In this document: positions 30,133-39,551 of the stretch, piece by piece
Layout: every line of letters begins with the position of its first letter
How positions within the stretch are numbered: the first letter of the stretch is position 1
Origin: Hanstruepera neustonica
Lineage (GTDB): Bacteria; Bacteroidota; Bacteroidia; Flavobacteriales; Flavobacteriaceae
Direction of reading: 5' to 3'
DNA: 64,000 nucleotides
Assembly (NCBI RefSeq): GCF_002895005.1
Contig: NZ_POWF01000001.1
Span: forward strand, 410,344 to 474,343
Translations under genes and position numbers: made by a program
Notes under the pieces: generated by a model
What the model saw: the letters and a program-made list of their open reading frames with translations, nothing else
What the model was told of the DNA's origin: nothing
The model's database searches: none

Positions 30133-31227
30133 CTACCTTAAAGATTTGGCTTTTTCTTTAGCTGATTCATTTCGTTCAATGGTGTGATCTGGTCTTGACC
30201 ATTTTGGTTTTTCTCCCAACGATTGAAATTGAGAGTCTGCGGCCTCAACCGTTTGAGGTTGCATTTTCTTAATAAACGGCTTTTGAGGGTTTAGCCCCAA
30301 CAATTTAAACATTTCCATATCCTCATTCACATCAGGATTAGGCGTAGTTAATAATTTATCACCAGCAAAAATGGAATTTGCTCCAGAAAAGAAGCACATG
30401 GCTTGTCCTTCACGACTCATTTCAGTGCGACCTGCGCTTAATCTCACTTGTGTTTCGGGCATGACTATTCGAGTGGTTGCCACCATGCGAACCATATCCC
30501 ATATAGAAACAGGTTTTTGGTCTTCTAATGGTGTTCCTTCCACTGCGACAAGGGCATTAATGGGAACCGATTCAGGTTGCGGATTCAATGTTGCAAGCGC
30601 GACCAACATTCCTGCTCGGTCTTCTTCTTTTTCACCCATACCAATAATTCCACCAGAACATACAGTTACATTGGTTTTCCGCACGTTGTCGATAGTTTCC
30701 AATCGGTCTTCAAAACCACGTGTAGAAATAACTTCTTTATAGTATTCTTCTGAAGAATCTAGGTTATGGTTGTAGGCATATAAACCGGCTTCAGCCAATC
30801 GCTGTGCTTGATTTTCAGTTAACATTCCAAGCGTACAGCAAACTTCCATGTCTAATTTATTGATGGTTCGAACCATTTCCAATACTTCATCAAATTCAGC
30901 ACCATCCTTCACATTTCTCCATGCAGCTCCCATACAAACCCGAGAACTTCCTGATGCTTTGGCTCGTAAAGCTTGTGCCTTTACCTGCTGTAAGGACATT
31001 AAGTCGTTACCTTCTATATTAGTATGATAACGAGCTGCTTGTGGGCAATAGCCGCAATCTTCAGGACAGCCACCTGTTTTTATGGATAACAAGGTTGAAA
31101 CTTGTACCGTGTTTGGATCATGATATTTACGATGAATTGTGGCGGCATCGTAAAGCAATTCCATTAACGGTTTATTGTAAATATCTAAAATTTCTTCTTT
31201 AGTCCAATTGTGTTTTGTATCGCTCAT
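30133..31227 (-). CDS. bioB: biotin synthase (radical SAM), with a C-terminal low-complexity extension of about 45 aa
   Basis: CPEDCGYCPQ radical-SAM cysteine triad and the BioB body. 364 aa, versus about 320-345 typical. Confidence 0.95.
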   Translation of the reverse strand: MSDTKHNWTKEEILDIYNKPLMELLYDAATIHRKYHDPNTVQVSTLLSIKTGGCPEDCGYCPQAARYHTNIEGNDLMSLQQVKAQALRAKASGSSRVCMGAAWRNVKDGAEFDEVLEMVRTINKLDMEVCCTLGMLTENQAQRLAEAGLYAYNHNLDSSEEYYKEVISTRGFEDRLETIDNVRKTNVTVCSGGIIGMGEKEEDRAGMLVALATLNPQPESVPINALVAVEGTPLEDQKPVSIWDMVRMVATTRIVMPETQVRLSAGRTEMSREGQAMCFFSGANSIFAGDKLLTTPNPDVNEDMEMFKLLGLNPQKPFIKKMQPQTVEAADSQFQSLGEKPKWSRPDHTIERNESAKEKAKSLR

Positions 31228-31289
31228 AGGTCATTTTTGAATAGTGTAAAAGTAGAAAATTCCGCTGCTACTGCGGAATTTTCATTCTA

Positions 31290-32711
31290 TTATTTGTTAT
31301 CTGAATTATCAACATCCTTTTTATCAGGCTCTTTATTATTTTCAGGTTTTTTACCTTTTAAATATTCAGGTAATTCCATTCCTGCCATATCGAACATTTC
31401 TTGTAACGGAGGCACAGACTTATACATACCTGACAAAAAATTAGCTGTTGAAGACTTACCATCTTTGCCTTGACCATTTTCCCATACCGTAACCTTATCA
31501 ATTTTTATATTCTTAATAGCTTCAGATTGCATTTTAACCAATTCCGGTAGTTTATCTGCAATTAATAATAGAACGGCATCTTTTGAATTGTTACCTGCCG
31601 CCTTTACTATTTGATCAAGACCTGCCGCTTGTTTGGTTAAAACTTCATATAATCCTTGAGCCTCTGCTTGAGCTTTAAATAAAATCGCATCTGCTTCACC
31701 TTTTGCACGACGTCTGATTTGTTCGGCTTCAGCCTCGGCATCAATTTCGACTTTCTTTTTATCAATTTCAGCAGGTACAATAATATCAGCCATTTGTGAT
31801 GAACGCTCACGTTCAGCTCTAGCAGTTTCAGCCTCTTTTTCAGCAGCATATGATTCTTCTAAAGCTTTAGCTGTTTGAACCTTTTCTGCAGCAATTGCAA
31901 CGCGTTCGGCTTCAGCTTCACGTTGACGTCTCAATGAATCGGAATTAGCAACAGCAATTTTTGCCGTATTCTCTCCTTCAACTGCTTGAGCATTTGCGGC
32001 GGCTACTTGAGTACGTTCATCTTGTAAAGCATTGGCTTCTCCAATTGAACCATCTCTGTTTTTTTCAGCAACAGATTTACGAGCTGCATTAATAGCGTGG
32101 GCAGCAGCTTCCTTACCTAAAGCTTCAATATATCCCGATTCGTCAACAATATCAGTAATGTTAACGTTAATCAACTTTAAACCAACTTTTTTTAATTCTG
32201 ATTCAACACTTTGGGAAATGTTTGTTAAAAACTTATCTCTGTCAGAATTAATTTCTTCAATATCCATGGAAGCAACAACCAAACGTAATTGACCAAAAAT
32301 AATTTCTTTAGCTAATTCCTGAATATCTGGTAAACCTAATCCTAACAAACGTTCAGCAGCATTTTGCATAACGCCAGGTTCTGTGGAAACACCAATTGTG
32401 AAGCGAGATGGAACGTTAACTCGAATGTTTTGTTTACTTAATGCGTTTACTAAATTGACCTCTATAGAAATAGGCGTTAAATCTAAAAACTCATAATCTT
32501 GAATGACAGGTAAAATAAACGCTGCACCACCGTGAATACATTTAGCAGATTGTCCACCACCTACTTTACCATAAACCACAAGAATTCGATCAGAAGGACA
32601 ACGTTTGTAACGCCGAATGAGGACAATAAAGAAAATGAAGATGAATAGCACGCCGAAAATGACAGCCATCGGGAAACCTAAATTGAAGGCCTCTTGGGTA
32701 ATTAGTAACAT
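31290..32711 (-). CDS. flotillin-like SPFH/Band-7 protein (YqiK-like)
   Basis: N-terminal TM, SPFH domain, long Ala/Glu-rich coiled coil (EAEAERVAIAAEKVQTAKALEE...). 473 aa. Confidence 0.8.
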   Translation of the reverse strand: MLLITQEAFNLGFPMAVIFGVLFIFIFFIVLIRRYKRCPSDRILVVYGKVGGGQSAKCIHGGAAFILPVIQDYEFLDLTPISIEVNLVNALSKQNIRVNVPSRFTIGVSTEPGVMQNAAERLLGLGLPDIQELAKEIIFGQLRLVVASMDIEEINSDRDKFLTNISQSVESELKKVGLKLINVNITDIVDESGYIEALGKEAAAHAINAARKSVAEKNRDGSIGEANALQDERTQVAAANAQAVEGENTAKIAVANSDSLRRQREAEAERVAIAAEKVQTAKALEESYAAEKEAETARAERERSSQMADIIVPAEIDKKKVEIDAEAEAEQIRRRAKGEADAILFKAQAEAQGLYEVLTKQAAGLDQIVKAAGNNSKDAVLLLIADKLPELVKMQSEAIKNIKIDKVTVWENGQGKDGKSSTANFLSGMYKSVPPLQEMFDMAGMELPEYLKGKKPENNKEPDKKDVDNSDNK

Positions 32712-32716
32712 AAGTA

Positions 32717-33292
32717 TTATTTATTTAATGGTTCTACAATTAATATTCCGTTATCAGTGACATCCTTTACCTTAATTACGGTTCCTGATTTTAATTCTAT
32801 GTCGGAATCAGATAACGCTTCGAGCTCACGAAGCGCCCCCTGAATCCTAACATGGGCCTTACCCATTTTTGACCGATTGGCACCAATATTTAAATAGACT
32901 TCACCAACAGCTCCTTTGGCATTATTAAAATCTAAAGTGCCACTATCATTTAGTTTTCTCATATAGAAAAACATAGCAGCCATGATTATCATCATGATTA
33001 AACCGCAAACTAAAGATATTATTATAGTCATTGGTTTTGACATTCCAGCATCTATACATGCAATTCCACTCCATCCAAAAATGGTAAAAAAACCAACTAA
33101 ATTTTTGAAAGTGATAAATTGAAATCCAATTCCCGTATCACCGTCAATTTCCATATCGACATCGCCAATATCATCCGCGTCGCCTCCTATAAAAGTTAAG
33201 ATTAACGTGACAACAAAGATTAATGAGCCAATTAAGGCAATAATCCAATAAATTTTAGGAAAGAGTTCCAAATTTGAAAACCATTCTAACAT
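32717..33292 (-). CDS. NfeD-family membrane protein (YqiJ-like partner of flotillin)
   Basis: Multi-TM N-terminal part plus a C-terminal OB-fold beta domain (GAVGEVYLNIGAN...AHVRIQG...GTVIKVKDV). 5-nt gap to the flotillin gene. Confidence 0.65.
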   Translation of the reverse strand: MLEWFSNLELFPKIYWIIALIGSLIFVVTLILTFIGGDADDIGDVDMEIDGDTGIGFQFITFKNLVGFFTIFGWSGIACIDAGMSKPMTIIISLVCGLIMMIIMAAMFFYMRKLNDSGTLDFNNAKGAVGEVYLNIGANRSKMGKAHVRIQGALRELEALSDSDIELKSGTVIKVKDVTDNGILIVEPLNK

Positions 33293-33350
33293 TGTGTTGA
33301 AAATTTAAAGTTTATGAAATATATGACCTTTAAAGTTGTCATACAATAAA

Positions 33351-34490
33351 TTATTTAGAAAGTAAAATGCTCACCGCATTTCCACCAAAACCTACAGCAT
33401 TAACTAAAACTTTTTTAATGTGTTTTGTTGGAGTATTATCTAAATAAGGCATTGAAATAAATTGCTGATGCTTAAGCATAAGAATTGCCATTTCAATGTT
33501 TAACATACCTGAAGCTCCTAGGGTATGTCCAATCTTCCATTTATTAGTAGTCAACAATGGAATTTTGTTACAGAACATTTTTTTTATGGCATTAAATTCA
33601 GCCAAGTCGCCTTTTAATGTGCCAGGCGTGTGAGTGACAATCACATCAATTTCTTCCGGTTTTACGGCGCCTAACGCCATTTTCATGGAACGCTGAAAGC
33701 AATCGGCATTTGTTGATAACGACGCATTGTGCTCCAAAATTTCGGTTGCATAACCAACACCAATGATATTTGCTAATGCTTTTTCTGAATTATTCTCAAG
33801 GCAAGCTACTGATGCACCTTCTCCAAGAATCATTGAATTCTGTTTTTTATCAAAATCCAATGCTTTGCAGGGGTATTTAGAGGATTTATTTTTATTATAG
33901 ATTTTCAATGCTTGCATTTGGGCAATGGTAAAATTGGTTAATGGCGCTTCGCTGCCACCTACCAAAAACTTGTTGCACATGCCCGATTGTATCCATGCTA
34001 TACCATTTAACATGGCATGAAGTGCCGAAGAACACGTAATTGAATGACTAATTTCAGGACCTTTAGTCTGTAAATCGTGAGCGACCCATGAGGAAATATT
34101 CCCTAAAGTACTATTGGGTGAAGTTAAAGGTTTGGCCTTGCCAGTTTTTAAAAACGCTTCATGATGTTCTTCAAATAATTGTGTTGCTCCACGGGAAGAC
34201 CCAATATTTATTCCATAGTTGTCGGTAGACTTCCATTGTGCATGCAGAATAGCTTTTCGTGAAGTATAAATAGCAAATAACGTCGTGTCATCCAATCCCT
34301 TGTATTTTGAATCAGATTGACGTAACCTCTCTAAAGCATCCTTTGTGGCTTCTGGGAGTTTGGCCACTAAAACCTTTCCTTTTTCAGAAAAACAATGATT
34401 ATCATTTTGATAACTAGACCAGCTCTCGTGAAGAGATTCACCCAAAGGCGATATCGAATAAATACCAGTAATGGAAATGGGTTTTTTCAA
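33351..34490 (-). CDS. beta-ketoacyl-ACP synthase, KAS I/II (FabB/FabF) type, short form, embedded in the biotin operon
   Basis: Thiolase-fold condensing enzyme with an intact Cys-His-His triad (HSITCSSALHAM; VTHTPGT; KIGHTLGASG). 379 aa. 22 nt downstream of bioA, same strand. Confidence 0.7.
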   Translation of the reverse strand: MKKPISITGIYSISPLGESLHESWSSYQNDNHCFSEKGKVLVAKLPEATKDALERLRQSDSKYKGLDDTTLFAIYTSRKAILHAQWKSTDNYGINIGSSRGATQLFEEHHEAFLKTGKAKPLTSPNSTLGNISSWVAHDLQTKGPEISHSITCSSALHAMLNGIAWIQSGMCNKFLVGGSEAPLTNFTIAQMQALKIYNKNKSSKYPCKALDFDKKQNSMILGEGASVACLENNSEKALANIIGVGYATEILEHNASLSTNADCFQRSMKMALGAVKPEEIDVIVTHTPGTLKGDLAEFNAIKKMFCNKIPLLTTNKWKIGHTLGASGMLNIEMAILMLKHQQFISMPYLDNTPTKHIKKVLVNAVGFGGNAVSILLSK

Positions 34491-34511
34491 ATGACAGATT
34501 TTGATACAAAT

Positions 34512-35777
34512 TTAGAGGATTTCTAATGCACCCTGAATGCTTTTGTAAACTTTTTCCAGTTCAGAATCTGAAATTACATAAGGAGCCAAAATATAAATGG
34601 TATTTCCAAGAGGCCTTAAAAACACACCATGATTCATGAAATGTTGAAAGAGTTTATCTCGCAAACCACCATACCGGGACATTTCAATATTGAGGTCCAA
34701 AGCATATATAACTCCCAACTGTCTGGTTGACTCAACTTTAGGATGTGACTTTATTTTAGAATCAAACCGTCTGTGAGATTCAATAATACGCTGAATATTT
34801 TTTTGGATAACGTGAGATTGTAACAATTCAATACCTGCCAAAGCAGCCGAGCATGCTAAAGGATTTGCCGAATATGTATGCCCATGAAACAAGCCTTTTT
34901 TTAAATCATCACTATAAAATGCATCGTATATTTTTTGTGAACACGATGTAATGGCCATTGGTAATAATCCTGCTGTTAGCGCCTTGCTCAAACACATAAT
35001 ATCTGGCTTGATTTGCATGTAATCTGAAGCAAAATATCTTCCGGTTTTGCCAAAACCGGTCATGACTTCATCAGCAACTGTAATAATATTCTTATTCTGG
35101 CAAAACTCTAAAATGGTTTGCAACCCTTCTGCATGATGCATTTTCATGGCTGCAGCACCTTGAACCAAAGGTTCGTAAACAAAACCAGCAACCGAATGAG
35201 ATTCGTGAATGCGCTTTAGTAATTTTAAAATAGCATTCGTGTTTTTTCCGTTGGGAGTTGGAATACGTTTAACATCAATAAAGAAATCTTCAAAAGGGCC
35301 GTTGTAAACGGAAAGTCCTGAAACGCTCATAGCGCCAAATGTATCACCATGAAAACCATTCTCAAAGGCAACCAGTGTTTGCCGTTTGTCACCTTTGTTG
35401 AAATGATATTGTAGAGCCATTTTAATACCAATTTCAACAGCTGTTGAGCCATTGTCGCTAAAGAAAATTTTATTTTGATTTTCAGGAAGTATCCCAACTA
35501 ATGCTTCAGATAGTTTAACGGCAGGTTCATGGGTAAATCCGCTAAACACCACCTGATCTAATCGTTGCATTTGTTCTGAAACCCTGGTTGTAATATACGG
35601 ATTGCAATGTCCATACATACAGGTATACCAAGAGGCAATGGCGTCAATGTACTGATTGCCATTTTCATCATATAAGGAGCACCCTTCTGCTTTTGTGATA
35701 GCAATAGTATCTGGGTGTGTTTTGTGCTGGGTTAATGGATGCCAGAGGTGTTTTTTGTCGCGATCTGCTAAACTCAT
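34512..35777 (-). CDS. bioA: adenosylmethionine-8-amino-7-oxononanoate aminotransferase
   Basis: Class-III aminotransferase. Lys region (ADEVMTGFGKTG, DIMCLSKALTAG) and the BioA N-terminus LWHPLTQH. Confidence 0.9.
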   Translation of the reverse strand: MSLADRDKKHLWHPLTQHKTHPDTIAITKAEGCSLYDENGNQYIDAIASWYTCMYGHCNPYITTRVSEQMQRLDQVVFSGFTHEPAVKLSEALVGILPENQNKIFFSDNGSTAVEIGIKMALQYHFNKGDKRQTLVAFENGFHGDTFGAMSVSGLSVYNGPFEDFFIDVKRIPTPNGKNTNAILKLLKRIHESHSVAGFVYEPLVQGAAAMKMHHAEGLQTILEFCQNKNIITVADEVMTGFGKTGRYFASDYMQIKPDIMCLSKALTAGLLPMAITSCSQKIYDAFYSDDLKKGLFHGHTYSANPLACSAALAGIELLQSHVIQKNIQRIIESHRRFDSKIKSHPKVESTRQLGVIYALDLNIEMSRYGGLRDKLFQHFMNHGVFLRPLGNTIYILAPYVISDSELEKVYKSIQGALEIL

Positions 35778-36391
35778 AGTTTTTCTAATTCGGGTTTAAA
35801 TAATTTAGCATATTCTTTCACGACATTTTCATCAAAATACGGTTCTTTTTCAATACGTCCAATCACTGGCACATTAGTCATTTTAGAGATAATAGCTTCC
35901 GTTGTCGGATGTTCATTACCGCTATAAAGCAAGGACAAATGAAATCCTTTTTCTTTTAACAAATTCACTGTTAAAAGTGTATGATTAATGCTCCCTAGAT
36001 AGTGCCTGGAAACTACAATAACTTTATAATCAGGTTGTATTAAATCTAATATGGTTTGGGTATTGTTTATGGGAACTAATAAACCACCAGCACCTTCAAT
36101 AACTAACCTATTTTTGGTTTTGGGTTCTTTTATATCGCTTAATTTTATCTGGATATTATCAATTTCAGCTGCTGCATGCGGACTCATAGGGGTTTGAAGT
36201 GCAAAGCTGTTGGGATGAAATTTTGATTTGGCATTGGAAACTAATCGGCTTACTTTTTTAGTATCACAAATATCCAAGTCACCTGCCTGAATGGGTTTCC
36301 AATAGTCTGCTTCCAAAGCTTCCGTTATAATAGCCGAAGCGATGGTTTTACCAACATCGGTGGATATTCCTGTAATGAAATAGTTACTCAT
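35774..36391 (-). CDS. bioD: dethiobiotin synthetase
   Basis: P-loop ITGISTDVGKT and the IEGAGGLLVP motif. 4-nt overlaps with bioF and bioA. Confidence 0.8.
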   Translation of the reverse strand: MSNYFITGISTDVGKTIASAIITEALEADYWKPIQAGDLDICDTKKVSRLVSNAKSKFHPNSFALQTPMSPHAAAEIDNIQIKLSDIKEPKTKNRLVIEGAGGLLVPINNTQTILDLIQPDYKVIVVSRHYLGSINHTLLTVNLLKEKGFHLSLLYSGNEHPTTEAIISKMTNVPVIGRIEKEPYFDENVVKEYAKLFKPELEKL

Positions 36392-37542
36392 GCTACAAAA
36401 GTAGCGAACAACTGCAAGACTTCCGAGATTTCTTCTTTAGAATTAAAACTGTGAATACAAAAACGCAAACGTTCCTGTCCGTTTGGTACCGTAGGCGATA
36501 AAATAGGTTTGACACTATACCCACTATCATTTATTTTTTTTGCAAGTTTTTTGACCAAATCATTACCAGGAACAATAGCACATTGAATAGCCGAATGACT
36601 TTTTATAAAATATAATTCTAATGATTTGTTACGTAATTCATCTCTAAAATGATGAATGTTCTCATGTAGCTTTTTTATGTCTTCGGTTTTTATCAATTCC
36701 AAGTAAGCTGAATTGATAGTCGCTATTGAATGCGGTGGGAGAGCTGTTGTGTAAATCAGGCTTCTTGAAAAATTTACCAAATAGGATTTAAGCTGTTCAC
36801 TACCTAAAATGGCGGCACCATGAGTACCTAAAGCTTTTCCAAAAGTTACAATTCTTGCAAATAGTTGTCGCTCTAGTCCCAATTCTTGAATAAGCCCTTT
36901 TCCCTGGTCACCAAAGACGCCTATGGCATGTGCTTCGTCTACTACCAAATGGGCATGATAATTTGTGCAGAGCTGGACCAATGTTTCCAAATCCGGAGAG
37001 TCGCCATCCATAGAGAAAACGGACTCTGTAACAACATATATGGAAATACTGGAATCCAAAATCGTATCTGAATGACGTTTCAGTAGGGAATCTAAATCAC
37101 TTAAATCGTTATGTGCAAATTTATAGGCATTAGCATGACTCATACTAATGCCATCGCGAATGGAGGCGTGTATATATTCGTCGTATAAAATAATGTCATG
37201 TCGTTGTGGAACACTTGAGAAAAACCCTATGTTGGCATCATATCCCGAGTTGAATATTAAGGCTGCTTCTGACTTATGGAATTCACACAATACGGTTTCA
37301 GCTAAATGATATAAGTTGTGATTGCCTGACAACAATCTAGATCCTGTAGACCCGTTTTGTTTCATGTTGTGGCCAACTAAATAATCATGTGACTGATTGA
37401 AAATAGCCTCTGATTTTGAAAAACCTAAATAGTCATTAGAAGAAAAATCTATTAGTAAATCGGTATTAGAAAGTTCTCTAAAAGCATTATCAGTTTTTCG
37501 CTTTTGAAGTTTGTCCAATAGTTTTTTGGGGAATGTTTTCAT
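36388..37542 (-). CDS. bioF: 8-amino-7-oxononanoate synthase
   Basis: Alpha-oxoamine synthase family. PLP-lysine region (FSMDGD...VDEAHAIG; TFGKALG). Confidence 0.85.
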   Translation of the reverse strand: MKTFPKKLLDKLQKRKTDNAFRELSNTDLLIDFSSNDYLGFSKSEAIFNQSHDYLVGHNMKQNGSTGSRLLSGNHNLYHLAETVLCEFHKSEAALIFNSGYDANIGFFSSVPQRHDIILYDEYIHASIRDGISMSHANAYKFAHNDLSDLDSLLKRHSDTILDSSISIYVVTESVFSMDGDSPDLETLVQLCTNYHAHLVVDEAHAIGVFGDQGKGLIQELGLERQLFARIVTFGKALGTHGAAILGSEQLKSYLVNFSRSLIYTTALPPHSIATINSAYLELIKTEDIKKLHENIHHFRDELRNKSLELYFIKSHSAIQCAIVPGNDLVKKLAKKINDSGYSVKPILSPTVPNGQERLRFCIHSFNSKEEISEVLQLFATFVA

Positions 37543-37578
37543 TGTTCAAATATAGATATATAACTAATAAGAACGTGT

Positions 37579-38310
37579 CTAAAACAAGGTGTCTTTTTGC
37601 ACAGGTTCTATGATGTAAGGTTGGTTGGTATCAATACCTTTTTTATAGAAATCGCGACTTACAGGATGTGCTTTAAATGCTTTTGTAGTAATCCCTGTGA
37701 CCATGATTTCGTTGATTTCTTGATTGGTCATACCATCATCGAGCCAATCTTCAAAAAAGTTTGGATCTAAAATTAAGGGCATTCGTTTACCCTTATTATG
37801 AATCTCCATAAAAAATGGGTTGGCTTCCGTTGTGAGAATGGTGGTTGTTAAGGTCTTTGAGTCTAGCTCATTATATAGTCCAGCAAATAAAAATATATCA
37901 CCTTCAGGGAATGCGTCCGATGGTTGATAGCAGAAATATGGAATGGCTTGACCGTTTTCATGATGTGGCTCAAAAAAGCCATCTGCAAGAATCAGGCATC
38001 GTTTACTTTCAGCGCTTTCAGCATATGATGACTTTTCAAAAATGCTCTCGCTTCGAGCATTAAGGGTATTGCTTTTTTTTCTAAACCCTTCTGGATTATG
38101 AATAGACCAACTTGGAATTAAACCCCATTCAGCATCAACAATGTGCTCTGGTTTATCCATGGTAATGATTTGCAAGTTTCCGTGTGTAAAACCATTAAGA
38201 TGAAAGTAGGGTTCAAAGGTAGATTCTTTTGAAAATGTTGCGGGAATTTGTCTTAAAATTCGTTGTTCAATTTTCTCTCTTTGTTTTCTTAAAGCGGTTG
38301 AATAGCACAT
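37579..38310 (-). CDS. SOS-response-associated peptidase (SRAP/YedK/HMCES family) abasic-site processing protein
   Basis: Begins MC (catalytic Cys2 after Met removal). Motifs WGLIPSWS, LNARSES (Glu) and ADGFFEPHH align with E. coli YedK WGYAPGWW / INARVET / ADGWFEW. Confidence 0.75.
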   Translation of the reverse strand: MCYSTALRKQREKIEQRILRQIPATFSKESTFEPYFHLNGFTHGNLQIITMDKPEHIVDAEWGLIPSWSIHNPEGFRKKSNTLNARSESIFEKSSYAESAESKRCLILADGFFEPHHENGQAIPYFCYQPSDAFPEGDIFLFAGLYNELDSKTLTTTILTTEANPFFMEIHNKGKRMPLILDPNFFEDWLDDGMTNQEINEIMVTGITTKAFKAHPVSRDFYKKGIDTNQPYIIEPVQKDTLF

Positions 38311-38333
38311 AGTTCTAAATTAGTAAAAATAAT

Positions 38334-39551
38334 TTATTGCCTCCTGTTTGCTAGCAATGGAGGTGGTTCTCCTGTAAACGGATTCCACCTGCTAATGGTT
38401 TTGGCTTCCATGCCAGCAGCATTTATTACAGCTCTATCACCATAACGCTCCCGCATTTTATCAATGGCAACACTCAAATTTAGGTATTTCTCATCATCTT
38501 CAAACAAATTAACTTGGTGACCGCCTTCTACCAAATGACTGAACTTAACACCAACCAAGCGAACTAAAAGTCTACGATGGTAAAGTTTTTTATATAAATC
38601 TAAAACCACGGGAATAATATTATGGTCCATAGAGCTATAGGGAATACGCTGTTGTTGTGTGTAAGTTTGAAAATCAGAATAACGTATTTTGAATGTAATA
38701 CAGGCGGTTAGTTTATTACCACGACGTAATTGATAGGCTAAATTCTCTGCCATAGCAATGATAATTCCCTTTAATTTAGAGACATCGGTTGTGTCTCTGT
38801 TGAACGTTCGCTCGGTTGAAATTGACTTACGCTCATGATATTGTACTACAGGACTATTGTCAATACCGTTGGCTTTTTTCCAGATAGATAATCCGTTTTT
38901 GCCTAAAACTTTATGCATAAGCTCCATAGGCATCTCTTGCACTGTTTTTATACGTTTCACACCCAAATCGCACAATGCCTTATAGGTTACGTTACCAACC
39001 ATGGGTATTTTCTTTACAGATAATGGCGCTAAAAATGGTTTTTCGGTTCCCGAAAGAATACGTATTTCATTATTAGGTTTGGCTTCGCCTGTGGCTATTT
39101 TAGAAACAGTTTTATTAAGAGACAGTCCAAATGAAATAGGTAATCCGGTTTCTTTAATAATACGTTGCCGTAATTCTGAAGCTAGTTTATGGCAGCCAAA
39201 AAACTTATCCATTCCTGTTAGGTCAATATAAAATTCGTCAACCGATGTTTTTTCGTAAAGAGGGACGCTTTCTTTAATGATATCAGTAACGCTTTGAGAA
39301 AATTTGGTGTATACTCCAGAGTTTCCCCTTAAAATAATGGCCTCTGGACATAGCTGTTTAGCCATACGCATGGGCATGGCCGAGTGTATCCCAAATTTTC
39401 TGGCTTCGTAGCTACAAGAAGCTACAACACCACGATCACTTGTGCCGCCTATAAGCACAGGTTTTCCATTAAGCCGACTGTCTAGTAGGCGTTCGCAAGA
39501 CACAAAAAAAGTGTCTAAATCCATGTGTACAATAGAGCGATTATGAGCCAT
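38334..39551 (-). CDS. dinB: Y-family DNA polymerase (Pol IV/DinB-like), catalytically intact
   Basis: VHMDLDTFFVSCE (catalytic Asp pair plus Glu) and SVDEFYIDLTG (Asp-Glu). 405 aa. Start overlaps the dnaE2 stop by 11 nt. Confidence 0.8.
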   Translation of the reverse strand: MAHNRSIVHMDLDTFFVSCERLLDSRLNGKPVLIGGTSDRGVVASCSYEARKFGIHSAMPMRMAKQLCPEAIILRGNSGVYTKFSQSVTDIIKESVPLYEKTSVDEFYIDLTGMDKFFGCHKLASELRQRIIKETGLPISFGLSLNKTVSKIATGEAKPNNEIRILSGTEKPFLAPLSVKKIPMVGNVTYKALCDLGVKRIKTVQEMPMELMHKVLGKNGLSIWKKANGIDNSPVVQYHERKSISTERTFNRDTTDVSKLKGIIIAMAENLAYQLRRGNKLTACITFKIRYSDFQTYTQQQRIPYSSMDHNIIPVVLDLYKKLYHRRLLVRLVGVKFSHLVEGGHQVNLFEDDEKYLNLSVAIDKMRERYGDRAVINAAGMEAKTISRWNPFTGEPPPLLANRRQ

